Notes under the pieces: model-generated
What the model saw: only the letters and a program-made list of their open reading frames with translations
The model's database searches: none
What the model was told of the DNA's origin: nothing
In this document: positions 1 to 7,530 of the stretch, piece after piece
Numbering within the stretch: the first letter of the stretch is position 1
Layout of the letters: every line of letters starts with the position of its first letter
Position numbers and translations under genes: made by a program
Virus record (IMG/VR): IMGVR_UViG_3300029853_000009
Direction: 5' to 3' (one strand)
DNA: 58,930 bases
Source: a virus

Positions 1-88
1 TCGTGAAATTCAGATGTTTCTATCGGTTTGCCATCATCATCGCCGATATGTTTAACATTATCAATCTTTCTGAATGTTTTCTTATCAA
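1..88. repeat. Terminal direct repeat, copy 1 (identical to 58843-58930)
   Basis: Read directly: tcgtgaaattcagatg...ttttcttatcaa occurs at both window ends. Confidence 0.95.
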
Positions 89-194
89 TGCACAACACTT
101 TTTCGCAAACATCAATACATTCTTTTTTCTTTTCGTCATTGGCACACTTGCCATCCGCATTGTATCGGCAAGTGGTAAAATTACAATTATTCAT
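1..194 (-). CDS. Hypothetical Cys-rich protein, N-terminal part of a gene crossing the contig junction
   Basis: ATG at 192-194 (MNNCNFTTCRYNADGKCANDEKKKECIDVCEKVLC...). The frame is open to position 1 and continues in frame at 58842. Confidence 0.55.
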   Translation of the reverse strand, partial: MNNCNFTTCRYNADGKCANDEKKKECIDVCEKVLCIDKKTFRKIDNVKHIGDDDGKPIETSEFH

Positions 195-483
195 TTTTGA
201 TACACCCCATTCTGCCACATATGTAATGGCTTCTTGTATCAGCGATTGTTTTACAATCAATAACATTGCCCTTGTTAAGGCAAGTTTCAAGATATTCGCA
301 TTTATCACACTCTGTATCTTTTTCTCTATATTTTCTCGGCTTGTATTCCTTGAAATCCTTGCACTTGTAATTTAGGCTTGTATCATTCCCTTTGGCGCAA
401 GTGTAGACGGGATATTCTTCTCCTATTTCTTCGTCAAAAATATAATCTTCTTCGCTGAATTTACATTTTGAACAATCACTCAT
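187..483 (-). CDS. Hypothetical Cys-rich small protein
   Basis: 98-aa ORF with several C-x2-C pairs; its end overlaps the next start (ATGAATAA). Confidence 0.6.
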   Translation of the reverse strand: MSDCSKCKFSEEDYIFDEEIGEEYPVYTCAKGNDTSLNYKCKDFKEYKPRKYREKDTECDKCEYLETCLNKGNVIDCKTIADTRSHYICGRMGCIKNE

Positions 484-715
484 TCCTCATAAACCTCTCA
501 AAATCTTTTCTACACTTAGGGCATAATTCATATGTTCTTTCTAAAAATTTATATCTGCGAACGTTCTTGATTTCAAGACACATATCATTATCTTCAAAAG
601 TTGGAACTATATCTCCGCAGCATCCAACTTGCTTAAATCTAACTTCTTTCCAGCTCTTAGGCATTATCTCTTTTCCGCACCTGTCGCAAGTGTGCCATTC
701 TTTTATATATTTCAT
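476..715 (-). CDS. Hypothetical zinc-ribbon protein
   Basis: CDRCGK...CPKCRK pairs; tightly packed in the minus-strand operon. Confidence 0.6.
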   Translation of the reverse strand: MKYIKEWHTCDRCGKEIMPKSWKEVRFKQVGCCGDIVPTFEDNDMCLEIKNVRRYKFLERTYELCPKCRKDFERFMRNE

Positions 716-963
716 TATTCTTTCACTACTTTCTTATCGTTGTTTTTGTCATTGTAATACACCTTGAATCCTTTTAACTTATATTCGGACACGGATTTTC
801 TCAAATCTTCAACGTTGTTGTATTTTTCATTCAGCATAATAACCGTGCTTCCTTTTTCAACCGCATAAATGCCGCATAATATAGCTTTACTTGCTATTTC
901 AAGAAACAGCTTGAACTCTTTGCGTGACATTCCATATACATTATTTTGAATTTCTACTTTCAT
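715..963 (-). CDS. Hypothetical protein
   Basis: 82-aa ORF, start/stop coupled to its neighbour. Confidence 0.55.
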   Translation of the reverse strand: MKVEIQNNVYGMSRKEFKLFLEIASKAILCGIYAVEKGSTVIMLNEKYNNVEDLRKSVSEYKLKGFKVYYNDKNNDKKVVKE

Positions 964-973
964 TTACAAACTC

Positions 974-1156
974 CTAATCCATAAATAAATTGTCTGGGAA
1001 CTCCCCACCAGTTAATAATACACCAACATATTTGCGGAATGTTGGGTAACTCATGCCTGCTTCGTTTGCGGCTTTTACTATCGTAGTTTCTTTGTTTGCC
1101 CATCTATTATAAGCTTCTATAAATTTTTCTTTATCAACCGTATGAACTCCTCTCAT
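974..1156 (-). CDS. Small helix-turn-helix DNA-binding protein
   Basis: 60 aa; the AANEAGMSYPTFRKYV segment looks like an HTH. Confidence 0.5.
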   Translation of the reverse strand: MRGVHTVDKEKFIEAYNRWANKETTIVKAANEAGMSYPTFRKYVGVLLTGGEFPDNLFMD

Positions 1157-1183
1157 AATTATATAACTCCTTTATTTGATTAA

Positions 1184-1266
1184 CGTAGTGTATAGGACTC
1201 GAACCTATAAGCCGTTGCCGACCGAAAGTTTAGCAAACTTCTCCAATACCATTATGGGAACACTAC
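1184..1266 (-). tRNA. tRNA-Ser (anticodon GCU), type II with long variable arm
   Basis: Hand fold: acceptor GTAGTGT/ACACTAC; anticodon stem GAAGT/ACTTT with loop TTGCTAA; variable hairpin GTCG-GCAA-CGGC; T arm ATAGG-TTCGAGT-CCTAT. Confidence 0.8.
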
Positions 1267-1993
1267 AAATAAACAAATATGATTAGGGTTTCCCCTTATT
1301 CTCCATAAGTACAGTCATATTCAGCCACCATGATGATAAGTCTGAGCGTTTGGGTGCGACCCTTAGCTTCTTACCACTGTCGAGCATGAGCAGGAATGAT
1401 ACCTGCAAATTTCACGGTTCTTTCAGGATTTTATATATGCAATATTATTCTTTTCCAAATTTGCCATACCGCTACTTTAACAAGTGTCTTGTGTTATACA
1501 TCAATTTCTTGATTTCAAGGCAAACTAGCTTAATTGAAGTTCCTATCTATTTCGTAGTCTTTCACACCACAAACATCAATAGGTTATTCTCGCACTACGA
1601 GCGTCTATTATTCACCAGCCACAAGCACCTTGCTTTTGACTTCTTTATGATGATACACCACACCACTCTGTTGACAACTTTGTCATCTTCTCTATCAAAA
1701 TCACTTTTAACAGAAAGCCTATTACTTTCCAGTATCCCGAAAAGTCTTTGACTCATTTCAGTGTGTCCTAGCAAGGCTGAAAGACCTATCTACACTAGGG
1801 TAATCATATTTGTTAAATGCTGGCATAGGGATTGAACCTATGTTTTAGCCTAAATCTAACCAGCCTTAATTGCATACATTATAGTGGGTATGCAAGCCAC
1901 TTTGCTTAGAATACAATAAGGGGGAATAAGGGGAGACTACTTCTAAGCATACAAAATACATTAAAGAATTAGGGGGATTTAAAAATCCCCAGC
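1267..1993 (-). ncRNA. ORF-free block between two tRNAs; candidate large structured ncRNA (ROOL/GOLLD-like class)
   Basis: No minus-strand ORF of 60 aa or more across ~0.7 kb in an otherwise gene-dense genome. Several strong hairpins (GCATAC...GTATGC, CTTAGAA...TTCTAAG, GGGGATTT..AAATCCCC). tRNA genes on both sides. Confidence 0.3.
1818..1867 (-). other. tRNA-like minihelix (acceptor-like stem, one hairpin, T arm); not a complete tRNA
   Basis: Minus sense AGGCTGG-TTAG ATTTAGG CTAA-AA-CATAGG TTCAATC CCTATG-CCAGCAT. The T loop is canonical and there is no D arm. Confidence 0.4.
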
Positions 1994-2064
1994 GGGGTTA
2001 ATGGGACTCGAACCCATATTAACAGAATCAAAATCTGCTGCCTTTCCTTTAGGCTATAACCCTT
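1994..2064 (-). tRNA. tRNA-Gln (anticodon UUG)
   Basis: Hand fold: acceptor AGGGTTA/TAACCCC (1-72 mismatch); D stem GCCT/AGGC; anticodon stem GCAGA/TCTGT with loop TTTTGAT; T arm ATGGG-TTCGAGT-CCCAT. Confidence 0.75.
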
Positions 2065-2157
2065 TGTTTTGTAGCTATTCCCAGTTTTATTTACTACCGT
2101 CCCATTGTGCTATTCTTTGCAACCATTATATGCATTGCCTGACAGGACTTTTATTTT

Positions 2158-2349
2158 CTATTCACTGCCTATATATACATCTTTCTCTGCATTGAGAATG
2201 ATTACTTTTATTTCAGCGTTAATATTTCTTGTTTTATATAATTTTTCTTTTAACTCCTCTGCTTTTATGCTTTCTGTAAAAGCACCGAATGTATATATTT
2301 GCTGTTTTATTCCTTTTATCGTTGCTACAACTAAATATATTTGTTTCAT
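2158..2349 (-). CDS. Hypothetical protein
   Basis: 63-aa ORF on the main coding strand. Confidence 0.45.
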   Translation of the reverse strand: MKQIYLVVATIKGIKQQIYTFGAFTESIKAEELKEKLYKTRNINAEIKVIILNAEKDVYIGSE

Positions 2350-2602
2350 AATGTCTTTTTATTTTTGGAGAATATTTTAGGTGCTTAGTAGGGCGGCTTG
2401 GGCTAATTTTTGCAACCCCCACGCCCCCAATCTTAGCCGCTGCGGCATCATTTATAATTGTATTAACAATTACTCCTTTTTTAATACAATTTAAAACAAC
2501 TCATTGTACAACTTCGCTAATCCTAACTTTCGCGAATTTATTGTATAATATTATCGCCTACAGCCCCAGTACTTAAGGCATTCTTAATTGTGTCTAAATT
2601 GT

Positions 2603-3283
2603 CTATATCTCTTGTTGACTCTGCGTTAATAATTGCGTGTTATTATCGTTCAATTTAGCTCTTATATCTGCGGCTGTGATTTCCACCTTGCCTGTGCTCT
2701 CTCTGCTAACGCCGGGCATGTTCCACGAGTGACGGCGGTTTAATATAGCAAGGTACTTAACTGGATTGTTTCGCCTGTCCTTAAGTAAACTCACCAGCGA
2801 TTCCTCTGAATAGTTTCTAAGTTTTTTTACGATTTCCACAGCCGCCGTACTTAGTTCTTGTATATATTCCCCCTCTTGCATCTTAGCTATTTGCATATTG
2901 TTTAATATATTTCCCTGCAAGTCTTTATAAATAATAGTCCTATCCTCTCTATTATCCCACGAATATATTGTTGCATGTTTTATATTCGTAAATAAACAAA
3001 AACCAGTTATACTAATTTCTTGGTTGTACATAAAACATTTGTTTATATATATATTTAAAGCTTCATTAACGGCATCTAAATTATAACTTCCGTTTGTAAC
3101 TGGAGGTTTAAGAATATTTACATTAAGTTTAAAAGTATTATTATTAATATAAATCAACGCTGCGTTCCATTGTGCCGGGTATATATCGTATTTATCTTTA
3201 ATCTCATGCTCTAAACAGAACGAATCTATTAGATCATCAAACATATTATCTATCATCTCTATTGTTATTAATTCGTCTGACAT
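2603..3283 (-). CDS. terS: Putative terminase small subunit
   Basis: An HTH-like ISITGFCLFTNIKHATIYSW segment and C-terminal LLKDRRNNPVKYLAILNRRHSWN resemble Terminase_2-type TerS. A GGAGG lies 8 nt before the second ATG (3283). It is the first gene after the large AT-rich non-coding region. Confidence 0.5.
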   Translation of the reverse strand: MSDELITIEMIDNMFDDLIDSFCLEHEIKDKYDIYPAQWNAALIYINNNTFKLNVNILKPPVTNGSYNLDAVNEALNIYINKCFMYNQEISITGFCLFTNIKHATIYSWDNREDRTIIYKDLQGNILNNMQIAKMQEGEYIQELSTAAVEIVKKLRNYSEESLVSLLKDRRNNPVKYLAILNRRHSWNMPGVSRESTGKVEITAADIRAKLNDNNTQLLTQSQQEI

Positions 3284-3309
3284 TTCCCGCGCCTCCATTT
3301 TGTTTAAAT

Positions 3310-3353
3310 AAAAAAATCCACGAGCTAGAAATAAATAAATTCTAACTCGTGGA
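3310..3353 (-). terminator. Intrinsic terminator directly upstream of terS
   Basis: Stem TCCACGAG/CTCGTGGA followed, in minus sense, by T7. Confidence 0.6.
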
Positions 3354-3654
3354 CGAATAACTAATACTGCCCTTGTCCTGTATACCTACCCTTTACAGCT
3401 CTATAATCCCTCCGCAGTGCTGGGAGAACTTGACAACATTTATTGTTTTATTGCCGGGGTTCAGCTAAATTGTTATTAACAATATAGCACTATTATATTA
3501 CAACGTCAATATATTTTATGACAATTCAAAAAATATTTGCCATATATAAATATAATAAATATATATAAAAATAATAAATAATTATTATATATATTAATAT
3601 ACCTTATTAATTATTATTTAAAATAAATAATATATTTTATAATAAAAAATACAC

Positions 3655-3768
3655 ATTCTTCTTTATTTTCTCTTTTATTCTTTTACTTTTCTTTTACTTT
3701 TCTTTGGTTCTTTCTTTTCGTTTTCTTTTCATTTTCTTTTTTCTCTTTTTTTCTTCTTAAAAATAGGG
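3655..3768. repeat. ~110-nt near-pure pyrimidine (plus) / purine (minus) tract of T3-7-C/A units
   Basis: Read directly: cttctttattttctcttttattcttttacttttcttttacttttctttggttctttcttttcgttttcttttcattttcttttttctctttttttcttctt, inside a ~470-nt extremely AT-rich non-coding region (3480-3950). Confidence 0.8.
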
Positions 3769-3987
3769 TATCTATAGGTTATAAAAGTACCATCGTGTAG
3801 TACTTATGTACTATATGTACAAACAGCGATATAATTATAAAATTATTATTAAATTAATTATTTTGTCCATTTCTATTGACGAACCCCAGTATATATTAAT
3901 ATAATAAAGGGTTATAAAAAAATAAAAGCATTTAGAATATTAAATTTGTTTCTAAATGCTTTTATTGATTGAATTGTTATTTAGTTA

Positions 3988-4377
3988 TTATCTATCCCTT
4001 TCGATTTCTATTTGTCGAGCTCGTGCAGTATCAAGGCGCCGTTGTTCGTTCTCCTGCTGTATTTGGTGCAGCCAGTTATTTAATTCTGCCACATCTTCCG
4101 GCGTGTCAGTTTTTGTCTGTGCCTGCTCCGGCTGTTCTTCTTTTGCGGCTTCCGGCTGTGCCGTCTGCGGTGCTTCTGCTTCTAACCTTTCCAGCTCTGC
4201 CAATACCGCAGAATTTAAAAATCCGTTTACAGTGTAGCCCAATGCCTGTATACGGTCTTTTGTTCCCTTGGGCAGTGTTACGCTCGCGCGGTCGTAGTCC
4301 TGTTTTATTTTTTCATTTTGCCGTTTTATCCTTTGTTTGTACTTTTCTAACATTTCGTTGTTATCCATATTACCCAC
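3988..4377 (-). CDS. Ribbon-helix-helix (Arc/MetJ-like) DNA-binding protein with a Glu/Gln/Pro-rich tail
   Basis: YDRASVTLPKGTKDRIQALGYTVNGFLNSAVLAELERLE is typical of RHH proteins on Firmicutes mobile elements. Its upstream region carries GTAATgctATTAC-type palindromes. Confidence 0.55.
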   Translation of the reverse strand: MGNMDNNEMLEKYKQRIKRQNEKIKQDYDRASVTLPKGTKDRIQALGYTVNGFLNSAVLAELERLEAEAPQTAQPEAAKEEQPEQAQTKTDTPEDVAELNNWLHQIQQENEQRRLDTARARQIEIERDR

Positions 4378-4562
4378 CTTTCATTAATGTAATGCTATTA
4401 CATATAATAATACATATTGCAATAAAAAGTCAATTTTTTACATTAAATTAAATATTATTTTAATTTTATTGCAATTATGTATTAAATTTATGTAATACAA
4501 TATTATTATTTAAAGCTCTAAAGCTTCGGGGAAAGTTGTCCCGAAGCTTTATTTTTAAATAT

Positions 4563-4594
4563 AAAAAAGAAGTGGAGGGCTAAACCCTCCACTT
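4563..4594 (-). terminator. Intrinsic terminator
   Basis: Stem AAGTGGAGGG/CCCTCCACTT followed by a T-run in minus sense, immediately after the stop at 4597. Confidence 0.7.
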
Positions 4595-4596
4595 AT

Positions 4597-4884
4597 TTAG
4601 CTTATATAAATGTTTTTAATTTTAACATGCAACCGAAGTTGTTCGTCTTCGGTTAAATCCCTAATGTCTCCGCTGTAGACATCTGCCATCTGAATTTCAT
4701 AATATATATATTCATCGCCTGTCAGCCAATACGACGAACATCCATCACCCTCAGGGGCGATTGGACAATCTCCCTCCCCATTCCAAATATCATTAAGTTC
4801 GACGATATCGCCGATTTCTACGTCTGGAATTTCTCCGGCTAAATATTCTTTCATTTCTTCGGCCATTCTTACAACGTTATTCAT
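4597..4884 (-). CDS. Small strongly acidic hypothetical protein
   Basis: AAGGGA RBS 8 nt before the ATG at 4884. The sequence is Asp/Glu-rich (EIPDVEIGDIVELNDIWNGEGDCPIAPEGDG). Confidence 0.55.
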   Translation of the reverse strand: MNNVVRMAEEMKEYLAGEIPDVEIGDIVELNDIWNGEGDCPIAPEGDGCSSYWLTGDEYIYYEIQMADVYSGDIRDLTEDEQLRLHVKIKNIYIS

Positions 4885-5005
4885 TTTCAATTCCCTTTGC
4901 AATATTAAATATTTTTAATATTGCCCTTTCTTTATATTATAAACACATTATACGCTTAATATATCACTTTGTAATTTCTAATATTAGAGTATTATCAAGT
5001 GGATT

Positions 5006-5233
5006 TTAATAATATTTTATTTTTTCATCATCTGTTGGGATAACTTCTATTATATCCCCAGGTTGCATTTTAAGCATAATGCATATTTTATTGAGTGTTT
5101 CCAATGTAATACTTTTTCCGGCTCTAATATTCTGCATGGTCTGCCGCGGTAAAAGATTATCTCTTTGTATCTTGGCTTGATTGTATCCCCTATCTTTCAA
5201 CGCTTTAAATACGTCTATCTTATAATTAATCAT
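5006..5233 (-). CDS. XRE/Cro-type HTH transcriptional regulator
   Basis: LPRQTMQNIRAGKSITLETLNKICIMLKMQPGDIIE fits the HTH_26-like pattern; strong RBS AAAGGAGGAG. Confidence 0.7.
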   Translation of the reverse strand: MINYKIDVFKALKDRGYNQAKIQRDNLLPRQTMQNIRAGKSITLETLNKICIMLKMQPGDIIEVIPTDDEKIKYY

Positions 5234-5264
5234 GTTTGTACTCCTCCTTTGCTTTCATATATAT

Positions 5265-5293
5265 AATATAACATTGTAAACGGAATATGTCAA
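5265..5293 (-). promoter_or_regulatory. Sigma-A-type promoter for the HTH gene
   Basis: Minus sense TTGACA-17 nt-TATATT. Confidence 0.6.
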
Positions 5294-5327
5294 TTTAAAA
5301 TTAGTCTAAAATTTGTATATTTTACTA

Positions 5328-5356
5328 TTGACATTATACTAATATTAGTGTATATT
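5328..5356 (+). promoter_or_regulatory. Sigma-A-type promoter for the plus-strand accessory operon
   Basis: TTGACA-17 nt-TATATT, back-to-back with the minus-strand promoter. Confidence 0.6.
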
Positions 5357-5457
5357 ATAACCATAGCAAAGAACAAAATAAAAAAGGCGGTTCGCCCCCA
5401 ACCAAGAAAAACGAACCGCCACCAATCAAAAAGAAAGGTAAGCCGATTATATCACAG

Positions 5458-5679
5458 TTGGCGAAATGGTGCAAGATTATGAGGTTTGAAAATTTATTCA
5501 ACACAATGCATTGTGATTTTTTTGAAATTCAAAAAAATGGGGAAATAGAAAAAATCGAATACGAAACTAGCGGCGTAATGTTAGCCGCTTCTAAGAGGTA
5601 CTTTGATTGTATAGTTAAAGATTTCTATATAATCAGGGCAAAAAATTCTAATGAGTTAGGATTAATGATTATATTATAA
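5458..5679 (+). CDS. Hypothetical protein (start uncertain)
   Basis: 73-aa ORF with an alternative start codon and a weak RBS. Confidence 0.35.
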   Translation: MAKWCKIMRFENLFNTMHCDFFEIQKNGEIEKIEYETSGVMLAASKRYFDCIVKDFYIIRAKNSNELGLMIIL

Positions 5680-5694
5680 AGAGGGGGCGGAAAT

Positions 5695-5859
5695 ATGAAA
5701 ATAGGGGACAAACTTGTTTACGGCTTTAATGATCGCAAACATTCTATAAAATGTACTTTTAAAAAGTACAAAATAACAAAAAGCGGAGAAGTTTTAATAT
5801 ATGCCGCTTCCCAAGGCGGCATGATTGTAGCACCTTGGGAAATGTTTAAAAAAGCATAG
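5695..5859 (+). CDS. Hypothetical 54-aa protein
   Basis: RBS GAGGGGGCGG; ATG at 5695 (MKIGDKLVYGFNDRKHSIKCTFKKYKITKSGEVLIYAASQGGMIVAPWEMFKKA), stop TAG at 5857-5859. Confidence 0.5.
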   Translation: MKIGDKLVYGFNDRKHSIKCTFKKYKITKSGEVLIYAASQGGMIVAPWEMFKKA

Positions 5860-5865
5860 AAAACA

Positions 5866-5910
5866 GGCATAGCGAACAGGCGCATGGGCGGTTCGATTCC
5901 GTCCAATGCT
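5866..5910 (+). other. tRNA-like element 1 (acceptor-like stem plus T arm), doubles as a terminator-like hairpin
   Basis: GGCATAG...GGCGG-TTCGATT-CCGTC-CAATGCT followed by TTTT, starting 7 nt after the stop codon. Confidence 0.45.
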
Positions 5911-5940
5911 TTTTATAAAAAATAAAAGGAGGTCTATGTT

Positions 5941-6210
5941 ATGAATAATATAGAATTAATAAAAAAAATTGAAGAATTAGAGCAGCTGGAAAAAGCCGCC
6001 GACAAGGCACAACAGGAATACGAAGCCGAGCCGGAAAACATAGAAAAAGAACGCGCATTTGACAGCGCGTATAAAAAAGAGTTTTCCGCATATATAAGCG
6101 CCGCTAAAGAGTTAGAACGCTTATCCGGCGAAAAGATTAACTTCTGCACCGCAAAGAAGCTAATTCAAACGCGACGCAGTGAGCTTGTAGGGCTTTTAAA
6201 AGCTCTATAA
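5941..6210 (+). CDS. Hypothetical acidic coiled-coil protein
   Basis: Strong RBS AAAGGAGG; 89 aa, Glu/Lys-rich. Confidence 0.6.
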   Translation: MNNIELIKKIEELEQLEKAADKAQQEYEAEPENIEKERAFDSAYKKEFSAYISAAKELERLSGEKINFCTAKKLIQTRRSELVGLLKAL

Positions 6211-6215
6211 CAACA

Positions 6216-6265
6216 GGCAAGCGGCAGACGGTGCCAGCTTCCGGGGTTCGATTCCCCGGTTTGCT
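6216..6265 (+). other. tRNA-like element 2, paralogous to 5866-5910
   Basis: Acceptor-like GGCAAGC/GTTTGCT; hairpin GGCA-GACGG-TGCC; T arm CGGGG-TTCGATT-CCCCG; then TTTT. It starts 6 nt after the stop codon. Confidence 0.45.
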
Positions 6266-6333
6266 TTTATCCAAATTTCGGATAAATAAAAAAAGAAAGG
6301 AGTAGTGCGGCAATTGCCGCACTAAAGAAAATT

Positions 6334-6795
6334 ATGGAAATAAAATATTATAGCAGTTTTGAAACCCCTGCCAATATGGTAACATGTAAATACATCGGCA
6401 ATGGATTTGCTGGAAATATTTATAACAAGGGCGAAGTTATCGGTGAATATGAAGCCGATGACTTTGAGGAAATTTTAGAAACATTTGCAAATTTATCAAT
6501 AAATGATAAGTTTGAAAAAAACAACTGCATTATTCAAGAGCGTGATGTTTATGTTCTTGGATATTGTGGCTTCTTACGAAGTGAAGCCATTGCCGCGTTA
6601 GAACGCGGCACAACTGTATATGATGAGGTTGAACTTGAAAATAATTTAGAAAATTATTTTCAAGAATGGCAACTCGAAGATGGAGACGCTAATGAAATTT
6701 GTGAGATGGTATCATCTCACGGTAAAACATGGGCTGATGGCTGGTCAGCCGTTAGCGTTAATCACAAATATTATTATATTTGTGAAGTGAATTAA
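6334..6795 (+). CDS. Hypothetical strongly acidic protein
   Basis: 153-aa Asp/Glu-rich ORF, preceded by the perfect palindrome GTGCGGCAATTGCCGCAC (6304-6321). Confidence 0.6.
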   Translation: MEIKYYSSFETPANMVTCKYIGNGFAGNIYNKGEVIGEYEADDFEEILETFANLSINDKFEKNNCIIQERDVYVLGYCGFLRSEAIAALERGTTVYDEVELENNLENYFQEWQLEDGDANEICEMVSSHGKTWADGWSAVSVNHKYYYICEVN

Positions 6796-6807
6796 AAGAA
6801 TCTAGTT

Positions 6808-6836
6808 AAATAGCCGCCAATTATGGGCGGCTATTT
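6808..6836 (+). terminator. Hairpin ending the plus-strand operon
   Basis: AAATAGCCGCC...GGCGGCTATTT. Confidence 0.5.
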
Positions 6837-7530
6837 AAAATTATGAGTCACAATCTTTAGGTTTTGTAAAGTGTGCAAATAAAAGCAATTGCTATTAAGC
6901 TTAATAGCAGTTGCGAATAATAAACTTGCTTCTAAAGCTGCTACTTTACGCCCCAATATAAAGAAGTTGCTTTACTCATTGTATGATGGAACCTGTGTGT
7001 TGTGTATCGTAAGTGCTATATTTTTTGATATAAAAAAGGGGAAAAGCTGCCCCTTTTCATGTTTTCATGTTTTCATGTTTTCATATTTTGTGCTATAATT
7101 TTATATTATTTTCGGACATTGAAAATTTAATATAAACATGATATTATTAAGAATAACATAGTTTATTAGTGTACCTTATTTTGTATATTATAAAATAAAT
7201 TATTACATTATACAAACAGATGATTATGATAAGTCAAGATATAATAAGTCACTATGTTTTCAAACTGTGTGCAAATGTCAATATAAAAATGTCGAAAAAC
7301 CTACATTCTTATATTAGCATTTGCAGCCGTGAATATTTTTTCAATTCACGGCTGCAAATTGTGGCTCATATTTTGAGAGCAGAATACATTTAACCAGGAC
7401 ACAACTGGCTTTTGTGCAGTTATATGGTGCGCGGCTGTAAAGGCATAATCTTAAAGAACTGAACCATATGCACTTTAGTGAACTAAAGTTTTTAACCTGT
7501 TTTCACAGGGGAATTTGTTCAAAATTCAAT

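Noticed and set aside
1350-1751. 133-aa plus-strand ORF inside the tRNA-flanked block
   Set aside because: It lies on the opposite strand to all neighbours, has no RBS and a low-complexity Leu/Ser/Phe-rich translation. It is most likely a chance ORF in non-coding RNA-like sequence.
1818-1867. Possible ochre-suppressor tRNA (hairpin loop ATTTAGG would give anticodon UUA)
   Set aside because: It has no D arm, only a 4-bp anticodon-like stem and an imperfect acceptor. All long genes are intact under the standard bacterial code, so there is no evidence of stop-codon recoding.
3655-3768. Helically phased A-tract bending in the pyrimidine tract
   Set aside because: The T-runs recur every ~5-6 nt rather than ~10.5 nt, so a phased-bend claim is not supported. 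Only the strand asymmetry is reported.
3956-4451. Plus-strand ORFs 3956-4237 and 3969-4451
   Set aside because: They are antisense to the RHH gene in its locally G+C-rich part and have no RBS.
7063-7095. Tandem tcatgttt x4 after a hairpin; considered as a mini CRISPR array or iteron set
   Set aside because: The units are 8 nt with no spacers, there is a single short block, and no cas genes. It is a simple microsatellite next to a terminator-like hairpin.
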